Assembly (NCBI GenBank): GCA_964643985.1
Contig: CAZXUS010000003.1
Span: forward strand, 1 to 53,879
Length of the DNA stretch: 53,879 bases
Reading direction: 5' to 3'
Source of the DNA: an uncultured Bdellovibrionales bacterium
Lineage (GTDB): Bacteria; Patescibacteriota; Minisyncoccia; Moranbacterales; DUUL01
Shown here: positions 42,362 through 51,347 of the stretch, one piece after another
Numbering within the stretch: position 1 is the first letter of the stretch
How the letters are laid out: each line of letters opens with the position of its first letter
Position numbers and translations under genes: made by a program
Notes under the pieces: model-generated
What the model was told of the DNA's origin: nothing
Seen by the model: the letters and a program-made list of their open reading frames with translations, nothing else
Database searches by the model: none

Positions 42362-43057
42362 CTATTTCCATTTTTTGGCTAATAGACCATTCTCGGCGGC
42401 ACTGCGCTGAGCTTCCTGTTTTGAAGCTCCCTCTCCTTCCGCCACTTTCTCATCCTTCAAAAAAACCGCTATCAAAAAATTCTTATCGTGATCTGGTCCC
42501 CATTCTTTAACCAATTCATAATGCGGAGTGACTTGAGCAATTTCTTGAGCTTTTTCTTGGAAATAGCTTTTAGCATCCAAATAAGTTTTATTTTTAAGAA
42601 TTTCTGGAAGTTTGACGATAATATATTTATTGATGAATTTATCAACTTCCTCAAAACCTTTATCTAAATAAATACTTCCAATCAAAGCTTCCATAGCATT
42701 GGCTAAAATATAATTTCGCGCTTTTCCAGTGTCTTTTCTTTCTCCCTTGGACATTAAAAGAAAATCATCTAATTTGATTTCTTTAGCAACTATGGCCAAC
42801 ATCTCACCATTTACCAAAGCCGCTCGCCAGCTAGTTAAATCTCCCTCTTGATTTTTGTGATTTTTGAAAAGATAATCCGTGACGGATAATTCTAAAACTG
42901 CGTCTCCTAAAAATTCTAAACGTTCATTGTGAGGCAACTCATATTGTCGGTTTTCATTTAAATAAGACCGATGAGTCATTGCCTCTTGCAAGTGATTAAA
43001 ATTCTTAAAAGATAAGTTTATTTTTTTCGCCAAATCTTTTAATCCTTGATTTTCCAT
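42362..43057 (-). CDS. rnc: Ribonuclease III
   Basis: Signature ERLEFLGDAVLE and a C-terminal dsRBD (..EGEGASKQEAQRSAAENGL). Confidence 0.95.
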   Translation of the reverse strand: MENQGLKDLAKKINLSFKNFNHLQEAMTHRSYLNENRQYELPHNERLEFLGDAVLELSVTDYLFKNHKNQEGDLTSWRAALVNGEMLAIVAKEIKLDDFLLMSKGERKDTGKARNYILANAMEALIGSIYLDKGFEEVDKFINKYIIVKLPEILKNKTYLDAKSYFQEKAQEIAQVTPHYELVKEWGPDHDKNFLIAVFLKDEKVAEGEGASKQEAQRSAAENGLLAKKWK

Positions 43058-43201
43058 AAATTTAATTAATACATTAAAATTAGAACAAAAACTTTGCTCT
43101 AATCCAATCTTACCATAATTTTAATTATATGAAATGGTTTATTGACAAATAAAGCTTTTCTAGGCAGACTTTAAATAAAACAAAAAGACAAAGGAGGTTG
43201 T

Positions 43202-43597
43202 ATGGAAAATTCCAGCAGAATGCTTTTAGTCCAAACTAAAATTAAAAAAATAGGAGGATCTGAATATTATCAAGGATTTTTGGCTATACATGAAACTGTT
43301 TTTTCTTTTGAAATAAAATTTCCACTTTTTTTCAATTATATTAACCAATTTTTAGACCCTTCTTTTTTCTGGGATTTATCAAACATCACGCTTGAAAATT
43401 CAGAAAAAGAACGAATCGTTCTCGATAATGAAGAACGTAAACTTTTCCTATTAGCAGTAGGAGCCGCTACTGTGCCTATGGCTAAAAACAAAAAAGGTTA
43501 TTCGACTTCTTCAAGTAAACTTTTTATCAACGACGAAACAATTAAAAAATTAAACAAACCAAAGTTTGATTGTAAAATACCAATTAAATTATGTTAA
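43202..43597 (+). CDS. Hypothetical protein
   Basis: 131 aa. AAAGGAGG SD lies upstream of the ATG, and a hairpin follows the stop. No motif recognised. Confidence 0.4.
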   Translation: MENSSRMLLVQTKIKKIGGSEYYQGFLAIHETVFSFEIKFPLFFNYINQFLDPSFFWDLSNITLENSEKERIVLDNEERKLFLLAVGAATVPMAKNKKGYSTSSSKLFINDETIKKLNKPKFDCKIPIKLC

Positions 43598-43652
43598 CCA
43601 TCAAAAACCCCAGGCCAAATAGCCCAGGGTTAAAAATTATCAGAAATTCTTA

Positions 43653-43895
43653 TTAAGCTGCTATTTTAAACTCTTTTCGATCACAATATTCTGCAGTTTT
43701 ACCCACATTCCACTGTTTCACGGGAGTTATAAAACCTACAACTCTAGCATAAACTTCAGTCCCAATAAACTTATTTGCACAATTTTCACATCGGTAAACT
43801 CCTTCTTTTTTCCAAAAACTCACATTGGAATCCCCAACTTTAATTTCCTTTCCACAATCAACACATCTTGTGTTTTTTGATATTGATTTTGTCAT
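43653..43895 (-). CDS. Stand-alone NrdD C-terminal module: Zn-ribbon plus glycyl-radical domain (80 aa)
   Basis: CVDCG..CENC, then ..TEVYARVVGFITPVKQWNVGKTAEYCDRKEF, matching the class III RNR C-terminal pattern EVYSR(V/I)xGY..WNxGKxxE..R. Confidence 0.75.
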   Translation of the reverse strand: MTKSISKNTRCVDCGKEIKVGDSNVSFWKKEGVYRCENCANKFIGTEVYARVVGFITPVKQWNVGKTAEYCDRKEFKIAA

Positions 43896-44044
43896 TTTGT
43901 TTTGGGGCTTATTATGGAATAACTTTTACTCAATAATAAACTCAATTATTTTTTATGTATATTTAACCTTGATCCCCCTCCTTAAATTCAAGGATGATTT
44001 TAAAAAACTTCAATTATCAAATTTCATTATCAATTCAATCTAAT

Positions 44045-46141
44045 TCAACTGACTATCTCAGAATAAACCTCACATTGCTGTTCTATTAAACACTTAGGAC
44101 ATTGTTTATGTTCTCCACTCAAATAACCGTGAATTGGACAAACACTAAAAGTTGGAGAAAGAGTAAAGTAAGGCATTTTATAACCAATAGCAATCTTTTT
44201 AACAAAAGACTTAACTATCTCAATATCATTAATTTTTTCTCCTAAAAAAGTGTGAAAAACAGTTCCTCCCGTATATTTAGTTTGAAGTTGATCTTGCAAA
44301 TCTAAAGCTTCGAATGGATCATCTGAAAATCCAACTGGCAATTGAGAAGAGTTCGTGTAATAAGGAGTCTCTTCGATTTTATCTTTTTTGTTGCTATTGG
44401 CAAAAATCATTTTAGGAAATCGATTTTTATCCTTCAGAGCTAATCTATAGCTAGTTCCTTCAGCTGGAGTAGCTTCTAGATTATATAAACTACCCGTCTC
44501 TTTTTGAAAATCAATCATTCTATCTCTCATAAAATCTAAAATTTCCTCGGCTAATTTCACCCCTTTTTTCGTTGTAATATCTTCTCTGATAAAATTCAAA
44601 AGAGCTTCGTTCATCCCAATAATTCCAATAGTAGAAAAGTGGTTACCCCAATAAGTCCCTCTCCTTTTAAACATATCCTTTAAATAAAATTTCGAGTAAG
44701 GATATAATCCATTTTGAGTAAATCCTTCAATTGTTTTTCTTTTAATCTCCAAGCTTTCCTTAGCAATGTCCATTAGATTGCTTAAACGTTTTAAGAAATC
44801 AGCTTTATCTTTAGCTAAATAACCAATTCGAGGTAAATTAATAGTGACGACGCCGATAGACCCAGTTAACGGAGCTGATCCAAATAGACCACCCATTCTT
44901 TTGTGTAATTCTCGATTATCCAATCGCAATCGACAACACATTGATCGAGCGTCCTCAGGATCCATATCAGAATTTACAAAATTGGCAAAATATGGAATTC
45001 CATATTTAGCCGTCATTTGCCAAACTTTATCTAATTTTTTATCATCCCAATTAAAATTTTTAGTTATATTATAGGTTGGAATCGGAAAAGTGAAAACTCG
45101 TCCAGTAGCATCTCCCTCGCTCATTACTTCCGCAAAAGCTTGATTAATCATATTCATTTCTTCTTGAAAATCTCCATAAGTATCCTTTTGCGGTTTTCCT
45201 CCAACAATAATATTTTGGTCCTTATACATTTTAGGACAATTCAAGTCCATCGTAATATTAGTAAAAGGAGTTTGAAAACCAACCCGAGTTGGAACGTTTA
45301 AATTAAAAACAAACTCTTGCATCGCCTGTTTGACTCCTTTGTAATCTAATTTATCATATTTAACAAATGGAGCTAATAAAGTATCAAAGTTGGAAACAGC
45401 TTGAGCTCCAGCAGCTTCTCCTTGAGTTGTATAGAAAAAATTCACTAACTGCCCCAAAGCTGGTCGAAGATGTTTTGGCGGTTTACAAGAAACTTTTCCA
45501 GCCACCCCAGTAAAACCCTGCGTTAACAAATCCTGCAAATCCCAACCGCAACAATAGGCGGAAACCTTGTCTAAATCATGAACATGAAAATCACCTCCTT
45601 CGTGAGCACGCTTAATTGATTTTGGATAAACTCTTTCCATCCAATACTTTCCACTAACAATTGAGGAAATATAGTTATTCAAACCTTGCAAAGAATAAGC
45701 CATATTAGAATTTTCCTTGACTTGCCAATCAATTTCACCCAAATATTTATCGACTAAATTAACCGCTTCGTCTAAAGATTTTTCAGTATTCCGCAATGAA
45801 GAACGCTTATTTCGATAAAGAATATAGGCTTTAGCGGTTTTATCAAAATCCAAAATCATCAGAACCTGCTCGATTGTGTCTTGAACTTCTTCGATATTGG
45901 GAATATAGCCAGGTCGAGCTTTTTTTAACAACATTTGAACCGCTTTTTTGGTGACGTTATCCGCCGCCTTCAGGCTTCCTTCTCCAATCTCTTTAAAGGC
46001 TTTGTAAACTGCTTCTTTAATTTTACTTTTATCAAATTCAACGATTGAACCATCTCTCTTGATAATCTTTTCAATAGTTTTTTTCGCCTTAGCTTTTTTC
46101 ACTGGGCTTTTTTTCTTTTCCGCATTTTTTTGTTTTTTCAT
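44045..46141 (-). CDS. nrdD: Anaerobic ribonucleoside-triphosphate reductase large fragment, truncated just at the glycyl-radical motif
   Basis: ATP-cone (IIKRDGSIVEFDKSKI), class III core and Zn site (CPIHG..CPKC). Ends ..QQCEVYSEIVS*, where homologs continue EVYSRIxGY... Confidence 0.9.
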   Translation of the reverse strand: MKKQKNAEKKKSPVKKAKAKKTIEKIIKRDGSIVEFDKSKIKEAVYKAFKEIGEGSLKAADNVTKKAVQMLLKKARPGYIPNIEEVQDTIEQVLMILDFDKTAKAYILYRNKRSSLRNTEKSLDEAVNLVDKYLGEIDWQVKENSNMAYSLQGLNNYISSIVSGKYWMERVYPKSIKRAHEGGDFHVHDLDKVSAYCCGWDLQDLLTQGFTGVAGKVSCKPPKHLRPALGQLVNFFYTTQGEAAGAQAVSNFDTLLAPFVKYDKLDYKGVKQAMQEFVFNLNVPTRVGFQTPFTNITMDLNCPKMYKDQNIIVGGKPQKDTYGDFQEEMNMINQAFAEVMSEGDATGRVFTFPIPTYNITKNFNWDDKKLDKVWQMTAKYGIPYFANFVNSDMDPEDARSMCCRLRLDNRELHKRMGGLFGSAPLTGSIGVVTINLPRIGYLAKDKADFLKRLSNLMDIAKESLEIKRKTIEGFTQNGLYPYSKFYLKDMFKRRGTYWGNHFSTIGIIGMNEALLNFIREDITTKKGVKLAEEILDFMRDRMIDFQKETGSLYNLEATPAEGTSYRLALKDKNRFPKMIFANSNKKDKIEETPYYTNSSQLPVGFSDDPFEALDLQDQLQTKYTGGTVFHTFLGEKINDIEIVKSFVKKIAIGYKMPYFTLSPTFSVCPIHGYLSGEHKQCPKCLIEQQCEVYSEIVS

Positions 46142-46223
46142 TTTTTTCGGTCCCCTGCTTAATTTTTAATTAGTATCTATTTAAAATAGTTTTACCTTGG
46201 AAATGATCCCACATTAAATTAAT

Positions 46224-46676
46224 TTAATTGGTTTTTTTAATTTTGTGAAGTTCTTTTACAAATCTTTCTCCGCTTCCAAATGATTTAAAAACTGAAGCAA
46301 ATCTCAAATAAGCCACTTGATCTTTCTTTTTTAACTTTTCCAAAATAGCCGTTCCTATTTTTTTAGAAGTAATTTCGGCTGTTCCTTCACAATTTATTTC
46401 CGCTTCAATTTCATCAATCAATTGAATTAGACTCTCTCCCTGAATTCTTTTATTAGTAGCTTTCTTGATTCCTTCTTCAATTTTATTTCTTTGATAAGCT
46501 TCTTTCGTTCCGTCTCGTTTGACTACCGTTCGATTTAAAATTTCGACTTGTTCATAAGTAGAAAATCGAGCCTGACATTTTTCGCATTCTCTTCTTCTTC
46601 GAATGGTTTTATTGTCGTTAGTATCTCTGGAATCGATTACTTTTGTTTCGCTATGACCGCAAAAAGGACATTTCAT
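46224..46676 (-). CDS. nrdR: Transcriptional repressor NrdR (start moved to MKCPFCGH)
   Basis: Zn-ribbon CPFCGH..CEKC plus an ATP-cone. The 21 extra codons of the track ORF overlap the NrdR box and the predicted transcription start. Confidence 0.85.
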   Translation of the reverse strand: MKCPFCGHSETKVIDSRDTNDNKTIRRRRECEKCQARFSTYEQVEILNRTVVKRDGTKEAYQRNKIEEGIKKATNKRIQGESLIQLIDEIEAEINCEGTAEITSKKIGTAILEKLKKKDQVAYLRFASVFKSFGSGERFVKELHKIKKTN

Positions 46677-46710
46677 TTTTTTTATTAAATTTTTTATTTT
46701 TTCCCTAAAA

Positions 46711-46726
46711 ACACAACATCTTGTGC
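46711..46726 (-). promoter_or_regulatory. NrdR-box-like operator (GCACAAGATGTTGTGT on the - strand)
   Basis: Fits ACAC-N8-GTGT (recalled consensus acaCwAtATaTwGtgt) with one arm mismatch. Lies 35-50 nt upstream of the nrdR ATG. Confidence 0.55.
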
Positions 46727-46748
46727 TTTCAATCTTCATTACTCTACT

Positions 46749-46777
46749 ATTATAATTTCTATAGGGAACCTTGTCAA
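46749..46777 (-). promoter_or_regulatory. Consensus sigma70 promoter TTGACA-17-TATAAT for nrdR-nrdD
   Basis: On the - strand, TTGACA is at 46777-46772 and TATAAT at 46754-46749. Confidence 0.7.
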
Positions 46778-46809
46778 GGAAAAAATTGATTAATTTTTAT
46801 TCTGACCAT

Positions 46810-46883
46810 AGGACTGTTTCTAATCACTCTTTTTACTGTAATTTTCCAATTTTGGTAACAAAATTGCAATTAAAAACGGTCCC
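46810..46883. mobile_element. Short (74-bp) internally deleted relative of the family D MITE-like element
   Basis: AGGACTGTTTCTAATCAC ... AAAACGGTCCC retains both ends of the family. Confidence 0.5.
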
Positions 46884-46964
46884 ATTCTATCTATTGAAAT
46901 TAAGCCCTTGATAAGCTAAAATAAATTGCGAAGATTCCATTTAATTAATTTAAATTTAACAATT

Positions 46965-47762
46965 ATGTTGAATTTTATCGGCGTAGTTCCATTTTCACCA
47001 GCTATTATTCCGGAAATTAATAAAAAAAATCTCCTACTAACCAAAAAAACAATCTCTGAGCTAGAAAAATTTTCCGAAGAATTAGCCCATTTTAAGCCTG
47101 ATACAATCTTTTTTGTTTCTCCTCGCGGTCCAATGCGTTATGATAAATTTACCATAAACATCGAAAAAAATCTCAAAGGAAACTTTAATAAATTTGGGAT
47201 TGATAATCAAAAAGATTATTTTTATTCTGGAAATTATTCACTCGCTAAATCTATTTTAAAAAAATTACGTCAACAATATTTTCCAATTGAAGCTGTTCAA
47301 GAAGAAAACATCGATTACGGAACACTAGTTCCTTTATCTTTTTTCGATAAACATTTTAAGAAAAAACCCAAAATAGTCACCTTGACTTTTTCTTCTTTAA
47401 GCTGGGAAGATCATTTTCATTTAGGCGAAATTTTAAAAGAAGTTTTTGCTAAAACCGAGGAAAATATTGCTTTTATTGTCAATGGTGATTTATCCCAAAG
47501 AACTAGTGACGATTCTCCTGAAAAATTTTCTCCTTACAGCGTCAAATTCGACCAAACCTTGATTAAATTATTAAAAAATTCCGAAACTAACAAAATTTTG
47601 AAATTAAATCCTGAATTCTGCAAAGAAGCTGGGGAATTAGGCTTAAGATCAATTATTATTGCACTTGGAATTTTGAATAAAACTCGCAACAAATTCTCTA
47701 AAATATCTTATGAAGCTCCGTTTGGGGGAGGATATTTGATTGGAAGATGGACACTGAAGTAA
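46965..47762 (+). CDS. LigB / MEMO-like (class III extradiol dioxygenase fold) family protein, possibly with substituted metal ligands
   Basis: MLNFIGVVPFSPAIIPE.., ..IDYGTLVPLSF.., ..IVNGDLSQR.. resemble the family blocks GxxPHxP, DHGxxVPL and SGDLSH. The start was moved to the ATG at 46965. Confidence 0.45.
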   Translation: MLNFIGVVPFSPAIIPEINKKNLLLTKKTISELEKFSEELAHFKPDTIFFVSPRGPMRYDKFTINIEKNLKGNFNKFGIDNQKDYFYSGNYSLAKSILKKLRQQYFPIEAVQEENIDYGTLVPLSFFDKHFKKKPKIVTLTFSSLSWEDHFHLGEILKEVFAKTEENIAFIVNGDLSQRTSDDSPEKFSPYSVKFDQTLIKLLKNSETNKILKLNPEFCKEAGELGLRSIIIALGILNKTRNKFSKISYEAPFGGGYLIGRWTLK

Positions 47763-47769
47763 AACAACG

Positions 47770-47840
47770 TCATCAGTAATCAGTCACCGGTCATAAACAA
47801 AGTTTACTGCTTAATGACTGATGACTACTGACCAATGACA
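47770..47840. repeat. Family G imperfect palindrome
   Basis: GTCATCAGTAATCAGTCACCGGTCAT ... ATGACTGATGACTACTGACCAATGAC. Confidence 0.75.
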
Positions 47841-47881
47841 CTTATTCTACAATTATAAATCTTAAAAACCATATATTAAGA

Positions 47882-49873
47882 ATGATGTCTAAATGCTATT
47901 ATTATCGAATTATCCCTCTCACTCGGATTTCAATTGATCACGAGCCTCATTTTACCTACCAATCTGAAGAAAAAATTTCTTTCGGTTCTTTGGTTATTAT
48001 TCCTTTTGGCAGAAAAAAAGTCAAAGGAATAGTTTTAGACGAACAACCGAAGCCTTCTTTTCGAACTCGAAAAATATTGCAAATTAAAACAATTAATCTG
48101 GTAAATAAAAAACAAATAGCTTTGGCTAAAAAAATTTCAGAATATTATTTCACTCCATTGGGCGTAGTTTTAAAATTTTTTACCTTTAATATTACCAAAA
48201 AAATCGTTGAAATTGACAAAGAAAATTTTTCTGAAAAATCTAAGATTCAATTGACTGAAGCTCAAAAGAAAGTCTTAGGGGGAATATCTGCCATAGACAG
48301 ACCTTCGGGAAATAACCAAAAGAAATTTCTAGTTTTTGGCCCAGCTTCTTCCGGAAAAACAGAAATTGCCATGGCTTTAATTGAAAAAAATTTACAAGAA
48401 AAAAAGCAATCATTGGTGATTTTACCTGAAATATTTTTATCTTATCAAGAAATTTATCGCTATCAAAAAAGATTTTTTGACAAGAAAGTGGCGCTACTCC
48501 ATTCTCAACTAAAACCTTCTGAAATTTCTGCTATTTGGACGCAAATCAAAACCGGAGAAATAGATATCCTAATCACTACCAAAATCGGTTGTTTTATGCC
48601 ATTTAAAAATTTAGGGGCCATTATCGTTGACGAAGAGCAAGACATTTCTCATAAAAATTGGAATCAAAATCCAAAATATCACGTCGAAAAAGTGGCCAGC
48701 TGGCTAGCGCAAATCTATCAATCTCAACTAATTTTTCTTTCCGCTACCCCTTCTATAAAAAATTATTGGAAAAGTAAAAATAAAGAAAACAACTGGCGAT
48801 TATTAGAATTACCTCCGCTTGAAATCAATAAAATAAAAGTACTGGAACCAGAAATTAAAATCATCAATTTATGGGAAAAATCCTATCAAAGAAATGGCGA
48901 TATTTTATTCTCCAGAGAACTTTTAGCTGATTTTAAAAAAACGCTAGAAAAAAAGAAAATTTCTCTGATTCTAGTTCCCTACCATGGCAAAAGCCAAGCG
49001 GTTTTTTGCGAAAAATGTAAAACCACTTTAAAATGTCCCAAGTGTGAGACTTCTCTTGTCCACACTAAAGATATTTATCAATGTCTTCATTGCGATTACA
49101 AAATTTCCAGTTTAACTAGTTGTCCAACCTGCAAAAGCTACAAACTCAAAAACGTTGGTTTTGGAACCGAATCAGTCGCTTCCGAAATTAAAAAAAGATT
49201 TCCCTATTCTAACGTTAGTTTGGTAGAAAAAAGCAGTTTTGAAAAAAATAAGTCTCGAACTCTTTTGTTTAAAAAAATTAGAGAAAATAAAATTGATTTT
49301 TTAATTGGAAATCAAACTATTGCTAAAGGTTTCGATTTCCCCAACATCAATTTAGTCGCAATTCTCAACGCTCAAAGATGGACCGGAAAAGCTGATTATA
49401 AATTTGACGAACGTTGGTTAGGTGGTTTTTTCCAAGTTGGCGGACGCCTTAATCGACCTCATAGCGACCAGCAAGGAATATTTTATATTCAAAGTTTTAA
49501 ATCCAATCTTGAAATTTTAGATAATCTTAAAAAATGGGACTGGCATAAATTCATCGGAAAAGAGCTTATTAATCGAGAAGCACTCGGCTATCCACCTTTC
49601 AAAAAATTATATCGATTAACTTTCAAAGATTTTAATAAAGAAAAAGTTGAAAAAATTGTCAACAAAGTATATAATCAACTACAAGAGAAGTTCACTGAAG
49701 ATGAAATCATAATCTTTGAACCTTTTTATAGTTTTATTAAAAAAAAGGGAATTTTTTGGAATAAACATATTTTAATAAAAACCGAAAACAAGGAAAGTAA
49801 TAAATTTAAAAATCAATTAAAAAAACTTTCTGTCGCTTGGAGTATTGATCCCGATCCAGAAAATATCTTTTAA
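47882..49873 (+). CDS. priA: Primosomal protein N' (PriA helicase)
   Basis: Walker A GPASSGKTE, DEEQD (DEAH-box position) and a Cys-rich Zn region CEKCKTTLKCPKCE..CLHCD..CPTCKS. Confidence 0.9.
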   Translation: MMSKCYYYRIIPLTRISIDHEPHFTYQSEEKISFGSLVIIPFGRKKVKGIVLDEQPKPSFRTRKILQIKTINLVNKKQIALAKKISEYYFTPLGVVLKFFTFNITKKIVEIDKENFSEKSKIQLTEAQKKVLGGISAIDRPSGNNQKKFLVFGPASSGKTEIAMALIEKNLQEKKQSLVILPEIFLSYQEIYRYQKRFFDKKVALLHSQLKPSEISAIWTQIKTGEIDILITTKIGCFMPFKNLGAIIVDEEQDISHKNWNQNPKYHVEKVASWLAQIYQSQLIFLSATPSIKNYWKSKNKENNWRLLELPPLEINKIKVLEPEIKIINLWEKSYQRNGDILFSRELLADFKKTLEKKKISLILVPYHGKSQAVFCEKCKTTLKCPKCETSLVHTKDIYQCLHCDYKISSLTSCPTCKSYKLKNVGFGTESVASEIKKRFPYSNVSLVEKSSFEKNKSRTLLFKKIRENKIDFLIGNQTIAKGFDFPNINLVAILNAQRWTGKADYKFDERWLGGFFQVGGRLNRPHSDQQGIFYIQSFKSNLEILDNLKKWDWHKFIGKELINREALGYPPFKKLYRLTFKDFNKEKVEKIVNKVYNQLQEKFTEDEIIIFEPFYSFIKKKGIFWNKHILIKTENKESNKFKNQLKKLSVAWSIDPDPENIF

Positions 49874-49905
49874 TAAAAAAATTAATCAATTCTTAGCAAT
49901 CAATT

Positions 49906-50355
49906 ATGAAAATATTAGAATATCCCAACGAAATTTTAAGAAACAAATCCGAAGAAGTTAAAGATCCAACTAGCGTTGAAACCAAACAGTTAATCGCGGA
50001 GATGCTTCAAACTATGAGAGCCAACAATGGTTTAGGCCTAGCAGCCCCTCAAGTTGGAAAAAATTTGAGACTTTGTATGATTGAAATTGAACACGAACTT
50101 TTTGTGTTGATAAATCCAGAAATCAAAAATATTTCCAAAGAAGAAATTTTAGCTGAAGAAGGTTGCCTTTCTTTTCCTAATAAATTTCTAAAAATTTCAA
50201 GAGGTAAAAGAATAAAAATAAAAGCCACTGATTCAAATGGTAAAAAACAAATTATTAGAGCTCGGGGACTTTTAGCTCGAGCTATTCAACACGAAATTGA
50301 CCATCTGAACGGGGTTCTAATTGTTGACCGAGTTGAAGAAAACCAGAATGCTTAA
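49906..50355 (+). CDS. def: Peptide deformylase
   Basis: Motifs GLAAPQVG, EGCLSFP and HEIDHLNG. Confidence 0.95.
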   Translation: MKILEYPNEILRNKSEEVKDPTSVETKQLIAEMLQTMRANNGLGLAAPQVGKNLRLCMIEIEHELFVLINPEIKNISKEEILAEEGCLSFPNKFLKISRGKRIKIKATDSNGKKQIIRARGLLARAIQHEIDHLNGVLIVDRVEENQNA

Positions 50356-50388
50356 TAAACTATTTTTAAATAACTTTTCCAAAAATCA

Positions 50389-51342
50389 ATGAAATTGAAA
50401 GACGCTCGAATAATTTTTATGGGAACTTCTTTTTTTGCTAAAGAAATTTTAAAAAATTTGATTGAAAGCGAAATAAAAATTAACTTAGTTATAACCCAAC
50501 CCGATAAACCGGCTGGAAGAAAAAAAGAATTGAAATCATCCGAAATAAAAATATTCACTCAAAAAAATAATCTAAAGTTAGCTCAGTTTCCAAAATTAAA
50601 CGAAAACGCTATTTCCGAAATTGAAAAAATTAAACCTGATTTAATTTTAGTAGTTGCTTATGGACTGATAATTCCTCCGGAAATTATCAAACAACCTCCA
50701 TATGAATGTGTCAATATTCACCCTTCCCTACTGCCCAAACTTCGTGGTTCTTCCCCGATTCAAACTGCATTGCTCGAAGGATTTGAAAAAACTGGAACGA
50801 CTATAATGAAAATCGATTCTAGCATTGATTCCGGCGAAATAATCGCTCAAAAAACAATTCAAATAAAAGCTCAGGATATTTACCCTGCTCTAGAAAAAAA
50901 TTTATTAAAGATAACTAACAAAATTTTAATAAAAACTTTAGATGATTATCTTGAAAAAAAAATCACTCCCAAACCACAAAATCACGAACAGGCTTCTTTT
51001 ACTAAAATAATCAAGAAACAAGACGGTCAAATTGATTGGACTGAAACTTCTGAAAAAATTTACAACAAATTTAGAGCGTTTTATGATTGGCCTCAGATTT
51101 ACACTTTTTGGACAAATAAGGGAAAAACTAAAAAAATCACTTTAACCGAAATTGCGTTGACCAATCAAACCAAAAAAGATAAAAAAATCGGTGAAGTTTA
51201 TCAAGAAAATAATCAAGTTTTAGTTAATGCTAAACAAGGCTCACTGATTCTAGAAAAAATAAAATTAGAAGGCAAGAATAATTTAACCATTAAAGACTTC
51301 CTAAACGGCAATCCCGCTTTAATTGGAAGTATTTTAAAATAA
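50389..51342 (+). CDS. fmt: Methionyl-tRNA formyltransferase
   Basis: ..IIFMGTSFFA.., ..NIHPSLLPKLRGSSPIQ.. 317 aa, downstream of def. Confidence 0.95.
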   Translation: MKLKDARIIFMGTSFFAKEILKNLIESEIKINLVITQPDKPAGRKKELKSSEIKIFTQKNNLKLAQFPKLNENAISEIEKIKPDLILVVAYGLIIPPEIIKQPPYECVNIHPSLLPKLRGSSPIQTALLEGFEKTGTTIMKIDSSIDSGEIIAQKTIQIKAQDIYPALEKNLLKITNKILIKTLDDYLEKKITPKPQNHEQASFTKIIKKQDGQIDWTETSEKIYNKFRAFYDWPQIYTFWTNKGKTKKITLTEIALTNQTKKDKKIGEVYQENNQVLVNAKQGSLILEKIKLEGKNNLTIKDFLNGNPALIGSILK

Positions 51343-51347
51343 AAAAA

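Noticed and set aside
43861-43880. NrdR-box-like sequence AACACAAGATGTGTTG at the start of the 80-aa nrdD C-terminal ORF.
   Set aside because: The arms are separated by 5 nt rather than 8, so it does not fit ACAC-N8-GTGT. It lies inside codons for ..NTRCVDCG.., so the similarity to the box at 46711-46726 is probably coincidental.
44045-44060. Alternative genetic code (UGA or UAG reassigned), which might rescue the truncated nrdD or the TAG-interrupted micro-ORF.
   Set aside because: Long conserved genes (dnaE, valS, thrS, priA, gpmI) are uninterrupted under the standard code and end at the expected lengths with TAA, TAG or TGA. Reading the nrdD TGA as Gly gives ..IVSGIRLNG**, which still lacks the RVxGY..WNxGK module.
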